Both the position numbers and the translations under genes were made by a program. 64,000 nt of DNA, taken from Nemertoderma westbladi. Taxonomy: Eukaryota > Animalia > Xenacoelomorpha. The DNA is taken from positions 1-64,000 of the forward strand of contig JAUCBJ010001728.1 of NCBI GenBank assembly GCA_032718475.1. The letters run 5' to 3'. The notes under the pieces are model-generated. The model was not told the origin of the DNA and did no database searches. It worked only from the letters and a program-made list of their open reading frames with translations. This document shows positions 36,601-51,600 of the stretch, in pieces. The first letter of the stretch is position 1. The number at the start of each line of letters is the position of its first letter.

Positions 36601-39600
36601 TAGTAAATGTATGGAGGAGGGAATGAAGAACGTAGAGGCATTCATAGTAAATGTATGGAGTAGGGAGAGAACGTAGAGGCATTCATAGTAAATGTATGGA
36701 GTAGGGAGAGAACGTAGAGGCATTCATAGTAAATGTATGGAGGAGGGAATGAAGAACGTAGAGGCATTCATAGTAAATGTATGGAGTAGGGAATGAAGAT
36801 CGTAGAGGCATTCATAGTAAATGTATGGAGTAGGGAAAGAACGTAGAGGCATTCATAGTAAATGTATGGAGGAGGGAAAGATCGTAGAGGCATTCATAGT
36901 AAATGTATGGAGGAGGGAAAGAAGATCGTAGAGGCATTCATAGTAAATGTATGGAGGAGGGAATGAAGATCGTAGAGGCATTCATAGTAAATGTATGGAG
37001 GAGGGAAAGAACGTAGAGGCATTCATAGTAAATGTATGGAGGAGGGAAAGATCGTAGAGGCATTCATAGTAAATGTATGGAGGAGGGAATGAAGAACGTA
37101 GAGGCATTCATAGTAAATGTATGGAGTAGGGAAAGAACGTAGAGGCATTCATAGTAAATGTATGGAGGAGGGAAAGAACGTAGAGGCATTCATAGTAAAT
37201 GTATGGAGGAGGGAAAGAAGATCGTAGAGGCATTCATAGTAAATGTATGGAGTAGGGAAAGAAGAACGTAGAGGCATTCATAGTAAATGTATGGAGGAGG
37301 GAAAGAAGAACGTAGAGGCATTCATAGTAAATGTATGGAGGAGGGAAAGAAGAACGTAGAGGCATTCATAGTAAATGTATGGAGTAGGGAAAGAACGTAG
37401 AGGCATTCATAGTAAATGTATGGAGGAGGGAAAGATCGTAGAGGCATTCATAGTAAATGTATGGAGGAGGGAAAGAAGATCGTAGAGGCATTCATAGTAA
37501 ATGTATGGAGTAGGGAAAGAACGTAGAGGCATTCATAGTAAATGTATGGAGGAGGGAATGAAGAACGTAGAGGCATTCATAGTAAATGTATGGAGGAGGG
37601 AATGAAGATCGTAGAGGCATTCATAGTAAATGTATGGAGTAGGGAAAGAACGTAGAGGCATTCATAGTAAATGTATGGAGGAGGGAAAGAAGAACGTAGA
37701 GGCATTCATAGTAAATGTATGGAGTAGGGAGAGAACGTAGAGGCATTCATAGTAAATGTATGGAGGAGGGAATGAAGATCGTAGAGGCATTCATAGTAAA
37801 TGTATAGAGTAGGGAAAGAACGTAGAGGCATTCATAGTAAATGAGTAGGGAAAGAACGTAGAGGCATTCATAGTAAATGTATGGAGGAGGGAAAGAAGAA
37901 CGTAGAGGCATTCATAGTAAATGTATGGAGGAGGGAAAGAACGTAGAGGCATTCATAGTAAATGTATGGAGGAGGGAATGAAGAACGTAGAGGCATTCAT
38001 AGTAAATGTATGGAGGAGGGAAAGATCGTAGAGGCATTCATAGTAAATGTATGGAGGAGGGAAAGATCGTAGAGGCATTCATAGTAAATGTATGGAGGAG
38101 GGAAAGAAGATCGTAGAGGCATTCATAGTAAATGTATGGAGTAGGGAAAGAACGTAGAGGCATTCATAGTAAATGTATGGAGGAGGGAATGAAGAACGTA
38201 GAGGCATTCATAGTAAATGTATGGAGGAGGGAATGAAGATCGTAGAGGCATTCATAGTAAATGTATGGAGTAGGGAAAGAACGTAGAGGCATTCATAGTA
38301 AATGTATGGAGGAGGGAAAGAAGAACGTAGAGGCATTCATAGTAAATGTATGGAGTAGGGAGAGAACGTAGAGGCATTCATAGTAAATGTATGGAGGAGG
38401 GAATGAAGATCGTAGAGGCATTCATAGTAAATGTATAGAGTAGGGAAAGAACGTAGAGGCATTCATAGTAAATGAGTAGGGAAAGAACGTAGAGGCATTC
38501 ATAGTAAATGTATGGAGGAGGGAAAGAAGAACGTAGAGGCATTCATAGTAAATGTATGGAGGAGGGAAAGAACGTAGAGGCATTCATAGTAAATGTATGG
38601 AGGAGGGAATGAAGATCGTAGAGGCATTCATAGTAAATGTATGGAGTAGGGAAAGATCGTAGAGGCATTCATAGTAAATGTATGGAGGAGGGAATGAAGA
38701 TCGTAGAGGCATTCATAGTAACTAAATGTATGGAGGAGGGAATGAAGATCGTAGAGGCATTCATAGTAAATGTATGGAGGAGGGAATGAAGATCGTAGAG
38801 GCATTCATAGTAAATGTATGGAGGAGGGAAAGAACGTAGAGGCATTCATAGTAAATGTATGGAGGAGGGAAAGATCGTAGAGGCATTCATAGTAAATGTA
38901 TGGAGGAGGGAAAGAACGTAGAGGCATTCATAGTAAATGTATGGAGGAGGGAAAGAACGTAGAGGCATTCATAGTAAATGTATGGAGGAGGGAAAGAACG
39001 TAGAGGCATTCATAGTAAATGTATGGAGTAGGGAAAGAACGTAGAGGCATTCATAGTAAATGTATGGAGGAGGGAAAGAAGATCGTAGAGGCATTCATAG
39101 TAAATGTATGGAGGAGGGAATGAAGAACGTAGAGGCATTCATAGTAAATGTATGGAGGAGGGAATGAAGATCGTAGAGGCATTCATAGTAAACGTATGGA
39201 GTAGGGAAAGAACGTAGAGGCATTCATAGTAAATGTATGGAGGAGGGAAAGAAGAACGTAGAGGCATTCATAGTAAATGTATGGAGTAGGGAAAGAAGAA
39301 CGTAGAGGCATTCATAGTAAATGTATGGAGTAGGGAAAGAACGTAGAGGCATTCATAGTAAATGTATGGAGTAGGGAAAGAACGTAGAGGCATTCATAGT
39401 AAATGTATGGAGGAGGGAATGAAGATCGTAGAGGCATTCATAGTAAATGTATGGAGGAGGGAATGAAGATCGTAGAGGCATTCATAGTAAATGTATGGAG
39501 GAGGGAATGAAGATCGTAGAGGCATTCATAGTAAATGTATGGAGGAGGGAATGAAGATCGTAGAGGCATTCATAGTAAATGTATGGAGGAGGGAAAGAAC

Positions 39601-42600
39601 GTAGAGGCATTCATAGTAAATGTATGGAGTAGGGAAAGAACGTAGAGGCATTCATAGTAAATGTATGGAGGAGGGAATGAAGATCGTAGAGGCATTCATA
39701 GTAAATGTATGGAGTAGGGAGAGAACGTAGAGGCATTCATAGTAAATGTATGGAGGAGGGAATGAAGATCGTAGAGGCATTCATAGTAAATGTATGGAGT
39801 AGGGAAAGAACGTAGAGGCATTCATAGTAAATGTATGGAGGAGGGAATGAAGATCGTAGAGGCATTCATAGTAAATGTATGGAGTAGGGAGAGAACGTAG
39901 AGGCATTCATAGTAAATGTATGGAGTAGGGAATGAAGATCGTAGAGGCATTCATAGTAAATGTATGGAGTAGGGAGAGAACGTAGAGGCATTCATAGTAA
40001 ATGTATGGAGTAGGGAGAGAACGTAGAGGCATTCATAGTAAATGTATGGAGGAGGGAAAGATCGTAGAGGCATTCATAGTAAATGTATGGAGTAGGGAAA
40101 GAACGTAGAGGCATTCATAGTAAATGTATGGAGTAGGGAAAGAACGTAGAGGCATTCATAGTAAATGTATGGAGTAGGGAGAGAACGTAGAGGCATTCAT
40201 AGTAAATGTATGGAGGAGGGAAAGAACGTAGAGGCATTCATAGTAAATGTATGGAGTAGGGAAAGAACGTAGAGGCATTCATAGTAAATGTATGGAGTAG
40301 GGAGAGAACGTAGAGGCATTCATAGTAAATGTATGGAGTAGGGAAAGAACGTAGAGGCATTCATAGTAAATGTATGGAGTAGGGAAAGAACGTAGAGGCA
40401 TTCATAGTAAATGTATGGAGTAGGGAGAGAACGTAGAGGCATTCATAGTAAATGTATGGAGGAGGGAAAGAACGTAGAGGCATTCATAGTAAATGTATGG
40501 AGTAGGGAGAGAACGTAGAGGCATTCATAGTAAATGTATGGAGTAGGGAAAGAACGTAGAGGCATTCATAGTAAATGTATGGAGTAGGGAAAGAACGTAG
40601 AGGCATTCATAGTAAATGTATGGAGTAGGGAAAGAACGTAGAGGCATTCATAGTAAATGTATGGAGTAGGGAGAGAACGTAGAGGCATTCATAGTAAATG
40701 TATGGAGTAGGGAGAGAACGTAGAGGCATTCATAGTAAATGTATGGAGGAGGGAAAGATCGTAGAGGCATTCATAGTAAATGTATGGAGTAGGGAAAGAA
40801 CGTAGAGGCATTCATAGTAAATGTATGGAGTAGGGAAAGAACGTAGAGGCATTCATAGTAAATGTATGGAGTAGGGAGAGAACGTAGAGGCATTCATAGT
40901 AAATGTATGGAGGAGGGAAAGAACGTAGAGGCATTCATAGTAAATGTATGGAGTAGGGAAAGAACGTAGAGGCATTCATAGTAAATGTATGGAGTAGGGA
41001 GAGAACGTAGAGGCATTCATAGTAAATGTATGGAGTAGGGAAAGAACGTAGAGGCATTCATAGTAAATGTATGGAGTAGGGAAAGAACGTAGAGGCATTC
41101 ATAGTAAATGTATGGAGTAGGGAGAGAACGTAGAGGCATTCATAGTAAATGTATGGAGGAGGGAAAGAACGTAGAGGCATTCATAGTAAATGTATGGAGT
41201 AGGGAAAGAACGTAGAGGCATTCATAGTAAATGTATGGAGTAGGGAGAGAACGTAGAGGCATTCATAGTAAATGTATGGAGTAGGGAAAGAACGTAGAGG
41301 CATTCATAGTAAATGTATGGAGTAGGGAAAGAACGTAGAGGCATTCATAGTAAATGTATGGAGTAGGGAAAGAACGTAGAGGCATTCATAGTAAATGTAT
41401 GGAGTAGGGAGAGAACGTAGAGGCATTCATAGTAAATGTATGGAGTAGGGAAAGAACGTAGAGGCATTCATAGTAAATGTATGGAGTAGGGAAAGAACGT
41501 AGAGGCATTCATAGTAAATGTATGGAGTAGGGAAAGAACGTAGAGGCATTCATAGTAAATGTATGGAGGAGGGAAAGAACGTAGAGGCATTCATAGTAAA
41601 TGTATGGAGTAGGGAAAGAACGTAGAGGCATTCATAGTAAATGTATGGAGTAGGGAAAGAACGTAGAGGCATTCATAGTAAATGTATGGAGTAGGGAAAG
41701 AACGTAGAGGCATTCATAGTAAATGTATGGAGTAGGGAAAGAACGTAGAGGCATTCATAGTAAATGTATGGAGTAGGGAAAGAACGTAGAGGCATTCATA
41801 GTAAATGTATGGAGTAGGGAAAGAAGATCGTAGAGGCATTCATAGTAAATGTATGGAGTAGGGAGAGAACGTAGAGGCATTCATAGTAAATGTATGGAGT
41901 AGGGAGAGAACGTAGAGGCATTCATAGTAAATGTATGGAGTAGGGAAAGAACGTAGAGGCATTCATAGTAAATGTATGGAGTAGGGAAAGAACGTAGAGG
42001 CATTCATAGTAAATGTATGGAGTAGGGAAACAACGTAGAGGCATTCATAGTAAATGTATGGAGTAGGGAAAGAAGATCGTAGAGGCATTCATAGTAAATG
42101 TATGGAGTAGGGAGAGAACGTAGAGGCATTCATAGTAAATGTATGGAGTAGGGAGAGAACGTAGAGGCATTCATAGTAAATGTATGGAGTAGGGAAAGAA
42201 CGTAGAGGCATTCATAGTAAATGTATGGAGTAGGGAGAGAACGTAGAGGCATTCATAGTAAATGTATGGAGTAGGGAGAGAACGTAGAGGCATTCATAGT
42301 AAATGTATGGAGTAGGGAAAGAACGTAGAGGCATTCATAGTAAATGTATGGAGTAGGGAAAGAACGTAGAGGCATTCATAGTAAATGTATGGAGTAGGGA
42401 AAGAAGATCGTAGAGGCATTCATAGTAAATGTATGGAGTAGGGAGAGAACGTAGAGGCATTCATAGTAAATGTATGGAGTAGGGAGAGAACGTAGAGGCA
42501 TTCATAGTAAATGTATGGAGTAGGGAGAGAACGTAGAGGCATTCATAGTAAATGTATGGAGTAGGGAAAGAAGATCGTAGAGGCATTCATAGTAAATGTA

Positions 42601-45600
42601 TGGAGTAGGGAGAGAACGTAGAGGCATTCATAGTAAATGTATGGAGTAGGGAAAGAAGATCGTAGAGGCATTCATAGTAAATGTATGGAGTAGGGAGAGA
42701 ACGTAGAGGCATTCATAGTAAATGTATGGAGTAGGGAGAGAACGTAGAGGCATTCATAGTAAATGTATGGAGTAGGGAGAGAACGTAGAGGCATTCATAG
42801 TAAATGTATGGAGTAGGGAGAGAACGTAGAGGCATTCATAGTAAATGTATGGAGTAGGGAGAGAACGTAGAGGCATTCATAGTAAATGTATGGAGTAGGG
42901 AGAGAACGTAGAGGCATTCATAGTAAATGTATGGAGGAGGGAATGAAGATCGTAGAGGCATTCATAGTAAATGTATGGAGGAGGGAAAGAACGTAGAGGC
43001 ATTCATAGTAAATGTATGGAGTAGGGAGAGAACGTAGAGGCATTCATAGTAAATGTATGGAGTAGGGAGAGAACGTAGAGGCATTCGTAGTAAATGTATG
43101 GAGTAGGGAAAGAAGATCGTAGAGGCATTCATAGTAAATGTATGGAGTAGGGAGAGAACGTAGAGGCATTCATAGTAAATGTATGGAGTAGGGAGAGAAC
43201 GTAGAGGCATTCATAGTAAATGTATGGAGTAGGGAGAGAACGTAGAGGCATTCATAGTAAATGTATGGAGTAGGGAGAGAACGTAGAGGCATTCATAGTA
43301 AATGTATGGAGTAGGGAGAGAACGTAGAGGCATTCATAGTAAATGTATGGAGTAGGGAGAGAACGTAGAGGCATTCATAGTAAATGTATGGAGTAGGGAG
43401 AGAACGTAGAGGCATTCATAGTAAATGTATGGAGTAGGGAGAGAACGTAGAGGCATTCATAGTAAATGTATGGAGGAGGGAAAGAACGTAGAGGCATTCA
43501 TAGTAAATGTATGGAGTAGGGAGAGAACGTAGAGGCATTCATAGTAAATGTATGGAGGAGGGAAAGATCGTAGAGGCATTCATAGTAAATGTATGGAGGA
43601 GGGAATGAAGATCGTAGAGGCATTCATAGTAAATGTATGGAGGAGGGAAAGAACGTAGAGGCATTCATAGTAAATGTATGGAGTAGGGAAAGAAGATCGT
43701 AGAGGCATTCATAGTAAATGTATGGAGGAGGGAATGAAGATCGTAGAGGCATTCATAGTAAATGTATGGAGTAGGGAAAGAACGTAGAGGCATTCATAGT
43801 AAATGTATGGAGGAGGGAAAGAACGTAGAGGCATTCATAGTAAATGTATGGAGGAGGGAAAGATCGTAGAGGCATTCATAGTAAATGTATGGAGGAGGGA
43901 ATGAAGATCGTAGAGGCATTCATAGTAAATGTATGGAGTAGGTAGAGAACGTAGAGGCATTCATAGTAAATGTATGGAGTAGGGAAAGAACGTAGAGGCA
44001 TTCATAGTAAATGTATGGAGGAGGGAAAGAACGTAGAGGCATTCATAGTAAATGTATGGAGGAGGGAAAGATCGTAGAGGCATTCATAGTAAATGTATGG
44101 AGGAGGGAATGAAGATCGTAGAGGCATTCATAGTAAATGTATGGAGTAGGGAAAGAACGTAGAGGCATTCATAGTAAATGTATGGAGGAGGGAATGAAGA
44201 TCGTAGAGGCATTCATAGTAAATGTATGGAGGAGGGAAAGAACGTAGAGGCATTCATAGTAAATGTATGGAGTAGGGAAAGAACGTAGAGGCATTCATAG
44301 TAAATGTATGGAGGAGGGAATGAAGATCGTAGAGGCATTCATAGTAAATGTATGGAGGAGGGAAAGAACGTAGAGGCATTCATAGTAAATGTATGGAGGA
44401 GGGAAAGATCGTAGAGGCATTCATAGTAAATGTATGGAGTAGGGAAAGAACGTAGAGGCATTCATAGTAAATGTATGGAGGAGGGAAAGAACGTAGAGGC
44501 ATTCATAGTAAATGTATGGAGTAGGGAAAGAACGTAGAGGCATTCATAGTAAATGTATGGAGTAGGGAAAGAACGTAGAGGCATTCATAGTAAATGTATG
44601 GAGGAGGGAATGAAGATCGTAGAGGCATTCATAGTAAATGTATGGAGGAGGGAAAGAACGTAGAGGCATTCATAGTAAATGTATGGAGTAGGGAAAGAAC
44701 GTAGAGGCATTCATAGTAAATGTATGGAGGAGGGAATGAAGATCGTAGAGGCATTCATAGTAAATGTATGGAGGAGGGAAAGAACGTAGAGGCATTCATA
44801 GTAAATGTATGGAGGAGGGAAAGATCGTAGAGGCATTCATAGTAAATGTATGGAGGAGGGAATGAAGATCGTAGAGGCATTCATAGTAAATGTATGGAGT
44901 AGGGAAAGAACGTAGAGGCATTCATAGTAAATGTATGGAGGAGGGAATGAAGATCGTAGAGGCATTCATAGTAAATGTATGGAGGAGGGAAAGAACGTAG
45001 AGGCATTCATAGTAAATGTATGGAGGAGGGAAAGAACGTAGAGGCATTCATAGTAAATGTATGGAGTAGGGAAAGAACGTAGAGGCATTCATAGTAAATG
45101 TATGGAGGAGGGAATGAAGATCGTAGAGGCATTCATAGTAAATGTATGGAGGAGGGAAAGAACGTAGAGGCATTCATAGTAAATGTATGGAGTAGGGAAA
45201 GAACGTAGAGGCATTCATAGTAAATGTATGGAGGAGGGAATGAAGATCGTAGAGGCATTCATAGTAAATGTATGGAGGAGGGAAAGAACGTAGAGGCATT
45301 CATAGTAAATGTATGGAGGAGGGAAAGAACGTAGAGGCATTCATAGTAAATGTATGGAGGAGGGAATGAAGAACGTAGAGGCATTCATAGTAAATGTATG
45401 GAGGAGGGAATGAAGAACGTAGAGGCATTCATAGTAAATGTATGGAGGAGGGAATGAAGATCGTAGAGGCATTCATAGTAAATGTATGGAGTAGGGAAAG
45501 AACGTAGAGGCATTCATAGTAAATGTATGGAGGAGGGAATGAAGATCGTAGAGGCATTCATAGTAAATGTATGGAGTAGGGAAAGAACGTAGAGGCATTC

Positions 45601-48600
45601 ATAGTAAATGTATGGAGGAGGGAATGAAGATCGTAGAGGCATTCATAGTAAATGTATGGAGGAGGGAAAGAACGTAGAGGCATTCATAGTAAATGTATGG
45701 AGGAGGGAATGAACGTAGAGGCATTCATAGTAAATGTATGGAGGAGGGAAAGAACGTAGAGGCATTCATAGTAAATGTATGGAGGAGGGAAAGAACGTAG
45801 AGGCATTCATAGTAAATGTATGGAGTAGGGAAAGAACGTAGAGGCATTCATAGTAAATGTATGGAGGAGGGAATGAAGATCGTAGAGGCATTCATAGTAA
45901 ATGTATGGAGTAGGGAAAGAACGTAGAGGCATTCATAGTAAATGTATGGAGTAGGGAAAGAACGTAGAGGCATTCATAGTAAATGTATGGAGGAGGGAAA
46001 GAACGTAGAGGCATTCATAGTAAATGTATGGAGTAGGGAAAGAACGTAGAGGCATTCATAGTAAATGTATGGAGTAGGGAGAGAACGTAGAGGCATTCAT
46101 AGTAAATGTATGGAGGAGGGAATGAAGAACGTAGAGGCATTCATAGTAAATGTATGGAGGAGGGAATGAAGAACGTAGAGGCATTCATAGTAAATGTATG
46201 GAGTAGGGAAAGAACGTAGAGGCATTCATAGTAAATGTATGGAGTAGGGAGAGAACGTAGAGGCATTCATAGTAAATGTATGGAGGAGGGAATGAAGAAC
46301 GTAGAGGCATTCATAGTAAATGTATGGAGGAGGGAAAGAACGTAGAGGCATTCATAGTAAATGTATGGAGTAGGGAAAGAACGTAGAGGCATTCATAGTA
46401 AATGTATGGAGTAGGGAGAGAACGTAGAGGCATTCATAGTAAATGTATGGAGTAGGGAGAGAACGTAGAGGCATTCATAGTAAATGTATGGAGTAGGGAC
46501 GGAACGTAGAGGCATTCATAGTAAATGTATGGAGTAGGGAAAGAAGAACGTAGAGGCATTCATAGTAAATGTATGGAGGAGGGAATGAAGATCGTAGAGG
46601 CATTCATAGTAAATGTATGGAGGAGGGACGGAACGTAGAGGCATTCATAGTAAATGTATGGAGTAGGGACGGAACGTAGAGGCATTCATAGTAAATGTAT
46701 GGAGGAGGGAATGAAGATCGTAGAGGCATTCATAGTAAATGTATGGAGGAGGGACGGAACGTAGAGGCATTCATAGTAAATGTATGGAGTAGGGACGGAA
46801 CGTAGAGGCATTCATAGTAAATGTATGGAGGAGGGAAAGAACGTAGAGGCATTCATAGTAAATGTATGGAGTAGGGAAAGAACGTAGAGGCATTCATAGT
46901 AAATGTATGGAGGAGGGACGGAACGTAGAGGCATTCATAGTAAATGTATGGAGTAGGGACGGAACGTAGAGGCATTCATAGTAAATGTATGGAGTAGGGA
47001 AAGAAGAACGTAGAGGCATTCATAGTAAATGTATGGAGTAGGGAAAGAACGTAGAGGCATTCATAGTAAATGTATGGAGGAGGGACGGAGCGTAGAGGCA
47101 TTCATAGTAAATGTATGGAGTAGGGACGGAACGTAGAGGCATTCATAGTAAATGTATGGAGTAGGGAAAGAAGAACGTAGAGGCATTCATAGTAAATGTA
47201 TGGAGTAGGGAAAGAACGTAGAGGCATTCATAATAAATGTATGGAGGAGGGACGGAACGTAGAGGCATTCATAGTAAATGTATGGAGGAGGGACGGAGCG
47301 TAGAGGCATTCATAGTAAATGTATGGAGTAGGGACGGAACGTAGAGGCATTCATAGTAAATGTATGGAGTAGGGAAAGAAGAACGTAGAGGCATTCATAG
47401 TAAATGTATGGAGTAGGGAAAGAAGAACGTAGAGGCATTCATAGTAAATGTATGGAGTAGGGAAAGAACGTAGAGGCATTCATAATAAATGTATGGAGGA
47501 GGGACGGAACGTAGAGGCATTCATAGTAAATGTATGGAGTAGGGAAAGAAGAACGTAGAGGCATTCATAGTAAATGTATGGAGTAGGGAAAGAACGTAGA
47601 GGCATTCATAATAAATGTATGGAGGAGGGACGGAACGTAGAGGCATTCATAGTAAATGTATGGAGGAGGGACGGAGCGTAGAGGCATTCATAGTAAATGT
47701 ATGGAGTAGGGACGGAACGTAGAGGCATTCATAGTAAATGTATGGAGTAGGGAAAGAAGAACGTAGAGGCATTCATAGTAAATGTATGGAGTAGGGAAAG
47801 AACGTAGAGGCATTCATAGTAAATGTATGGAGTAGGGAGAGAACGTAGAGGCATTCATAGTAAATGTATGGAGTAGGGAGAGAACGTAGAGGCATTCATA
47901 GTAAATGTATGGAGTAGGGACGGAACGTAGAGGCATTCATAGTAAATGTATGGAGTAGGGAAAGAAGAACGTAGAGGCATTCATAGTAAATGTATGGAGG
48001 AGGGACGGAACGTAGAGGCATTCATAGTAAATGTATGGAGTAGGGAAAGAACGTAGAGGCATTCATAGTAAATGTATGGAGGAGGGACGGAACGTAGAGG
48101 CATTCATAGTAAATGTATGGAGGAGGGACGGAACGTAGAGGCATTCATAGTAAATGTATGGAGGAGGGAAAGAACGTAGAGGCATTCATAGTAAATGTAT
48201 GGAGTAGGGAAAGAACGTAGAGGCATTCATAGTAAATGTATGGAGGAGGGACGGAACGTAGAGGCATTCATAGTAAATGTATGGAGTAGGGACGGAACGT
48301 AGAGGCATTCATAGTAAATGTATGGAGTAGGGAAAGAAGAACGTAGAGGCATTCATAGTAAATGTATGGAGTAGGGAAAGAACGTAGAGGCATTCATAGT
48401 AAATGTATGGAGGAGGGACGGAGCGTAGAGGCATTCATAGTAAATGTATGGAGTAGGGACGGAACGTAGAGGCATTCATAGTAAATGTATGGAGTAGGGA
48501 AAGAAGAACGTAGAGGCATTCATAGTAAATGTATGGAGTAGGGAAAGAACGTAGAGGCATTCATAATAAATGTATGGAGGAGGGACGGAACGTAGAGGCA

Positions 48601-51600
48601 TTCATAGTAAATGTATGGAGGAGGGACGGAGCGTAGAGGCATTCATAGTAAATGTATGGAGTAGGGACGGAACGTAGAGGCATTCATAGTAAATGTATGG
48701 AGTAGGGAAAGAAGAACGTAGAGGCATTCATAGTAAATGTATGGAGTAGGGAAAGAACGTAGAGGCATTCATAATAAATGTATGGAGGAGGGACGGAACG
48801 TAGAGGCATTCATAGTAAATGTATGGAGTAGGGACGGAACGTAGAGGCATTCATAGTAAATGTATGGAGTAGGGAAAGAAGAACGTAGAGGCATTCATAG
48901 TAAATGTATGGAGTAGGGAAAGAACGTAGAGGCATTCATAGTAAATGTATGGAGGAGGGACGGAGCGTAGAGGCATTCATAGTAAATGTATGGAGGAGGG
49001 AAGGAAGAACGTAGAGGCATTCATAGTAAATGTATGGAGGAGGGACGGAGCGTAGAGGCATTCATAGTAAATGTATGGAGTAGGGACGGAACGTAGAGGC
49101 ATTCATAGTAAATGTATGGAGTAGGGAAAGAAGAACGTAGAGGCATTCATAGTAAATGTATGGAGTAGGGAAAGAACGTAGAGGCATTCATAATAAATGT
49201 ATGGAGGAGGGACGGAACGTAGAGGCATTCATAGTAAATGTATGGAGTAGGGACGGAACGTAGAGGCATTCATAGTAAATGTATGGAGGAGGGACGGAGC
49301 GTAGAGGCATTCATAGTAAATGTATGGAGTAGGGACGGAACGTAGAGGCATTCATAGTAAATGTATGGAGTAGGGAAAGAAGAACGTAGAGGCATTCATA
49401 GTAAATGTATGGAGTAGGGAAAGAACGTAGAGGCATTCATAATAAATGTATGGAGGAGGGACGGAACGTAGAGGCATTCATAGTAAATGTATGGAGTAGG
49501 GACGGAACGTAGAGGCATTCATAGTAAATGTATGGAGTAGGGAAAGAAGAACGTAGAGGCATTCATAGTAAATGTATGGAGTAGGGAAAGAACGTAGAGG
49601 CATTCATAGTAAATGTATGGAGGAGGGACGGAGCGTAGAGGCATTCATAGTAAATGTATGGAGGAGGGAAGGAAGAACGTAGAGGCATTCATAGTAAATG
49701 TATGGAGTAGGGAAAGAACGTAGAGGCATTCATAATAAATGTATGGAGGAGGGACGGAACGTAGAGGCATTCATAGTAAATGTATGGAGTAGGGACGGAA
49801 CGTAGAGGCATTCATAGTAAATGTATGGAGTAGGGAAAGAAGAACGTAGAGGCATTCATAGTAAATGTATGGAGTAGGGAAAGAACGTAGAGGCATTCAT
49901 AGTAAATGTATGGAGGAGGGACGGAGCGTAGAGGCATTCATAGTAAATGTATGGAGGAGGGAAGGAAGAACGTAGAGGCATTCATAGTAAATGTATGGAG
50001 TAGGGAAAGAACGTAGAGGCATTCATAGTAAATGTATGGAGTAGGGAAAGAACGTAGAGGCATTCATAGTAAATGTATGGAGGAGGGAAAGATCGTAGAG
50101 GCATTCATAGTAAATGTATGGAGTAGGGAAAGAACGTAGAGGCATTCATAGTAAATGTATGGAGGAGGGACGGAGCGTAGAGGCATTCATAGTAAATGTA
50201 TGGAGTAGGGACGGAACGTAGAGGCATTCATAGTAAATGTATGGAGTAGGGAAAGAAGAACGTAGAGGCATTCATAGTAAATGTATGGAGTAGGGAAAGA
50301 ACGTAGAGGCATTCATAATAAATGTATGGAGGAGGGACGGAACGTAGAGGCATTCATAGTAAATGTATGGAGTAGGGACGGAACGTAGAGGCATTCATAG
50401 TAAATGTATGGAGTAGGGAAAGAAGAACGTAGAGGCATTCATAGTAAATGTATGGAGTAGGGAAAGAACGTAGAGGCATTCATAGTAAATGTATGGAGGA
50501 GGGACGGAGCGTAGAGGCATTCATAGTAAATGTATGGAGGAGGGAAGGAAGAACGTAGAGGCATTCATAGTAAATGTATGGAGTAGGGAAAGAACGTAGA
50601 GGCATTCATAGTAAATGTATGGAGTAGGGAAAGAACGTAGAGGCATTCATAGTAAATGTATGGAGTAGGGAGAGAACGTAGAGGCATTCATAGTAAATGT
50701 ATGGAGTAGGGAGAGAACGTAGAGGCATTCATAGTAAATGTATGGAGTAGGGACGGAACGTAGAGGCATTCATAGTAAATGTATGGAGTAGGGAAAGAAG
50801 AACGTAGAGGCATTCATAGTAAATGTATGGAGGAGGGACGGAACGTAGAGGCATTCATAGTAAATGTATGGAGTAGGGAAAGAAGAACGTAGAGGCATTC
50901 ATAGTAAATGTATGGAGTAGGGAAAGAACGTAGAGGCATTCATAGTAAATGTATGGAGGAGGGACGGAGCGTAGAGGCATTCATAGTAAATGTATGGAGG
51001 AGGGAAAGAACGTAGAGGCATTCATAGTAAATGTATGGAGTAGGGAAAGAACGTAGAGGCATTCATAGTAAATGTATGGAGGAGGGAAAGAACGTAGAGG
51101 CATTCATAGTAAATGTATGGAGGAGGGACGGAACGTAGAGGCATTCATAGTAAATGTATGGAGTAGGGACGGAACGTAGAGGCATTCATAGTAAATGTAT
51201 GGAGTAGGGAAAGAAGAACGTAGAGGCATTCATAGTAAATGTATGGAGTAGGGAAAGAACGTAGAGGCATTCATAGTAAATGTATGGAGGAGGGACGGAG
51301 CGTAGAGGCATTCATAGTAAATGTATGGAGGAGGGAAAGAACGTAGAGGCATTCATAGTAAATGTATGGAGTAGGGAAAGAACGTAGAGGCATTCATAGT
51401 AAATGTATGGAGGAGGGACGGAGCGTAGAGGCATTCATAGTAAATGTATGGAGGAGGGAAAGAACGTAGAGGCATTCATAGTAAATGTATGGAGGAGGGA
51501 CGGAGCGTAGAGGCATTCATAGTAAATGTATGGAGGAGGGAAAGAACGTAGAGGCATTCATAGTAAATGTATGGAGTAGGGAAAGAACGTAGAGGCATTC

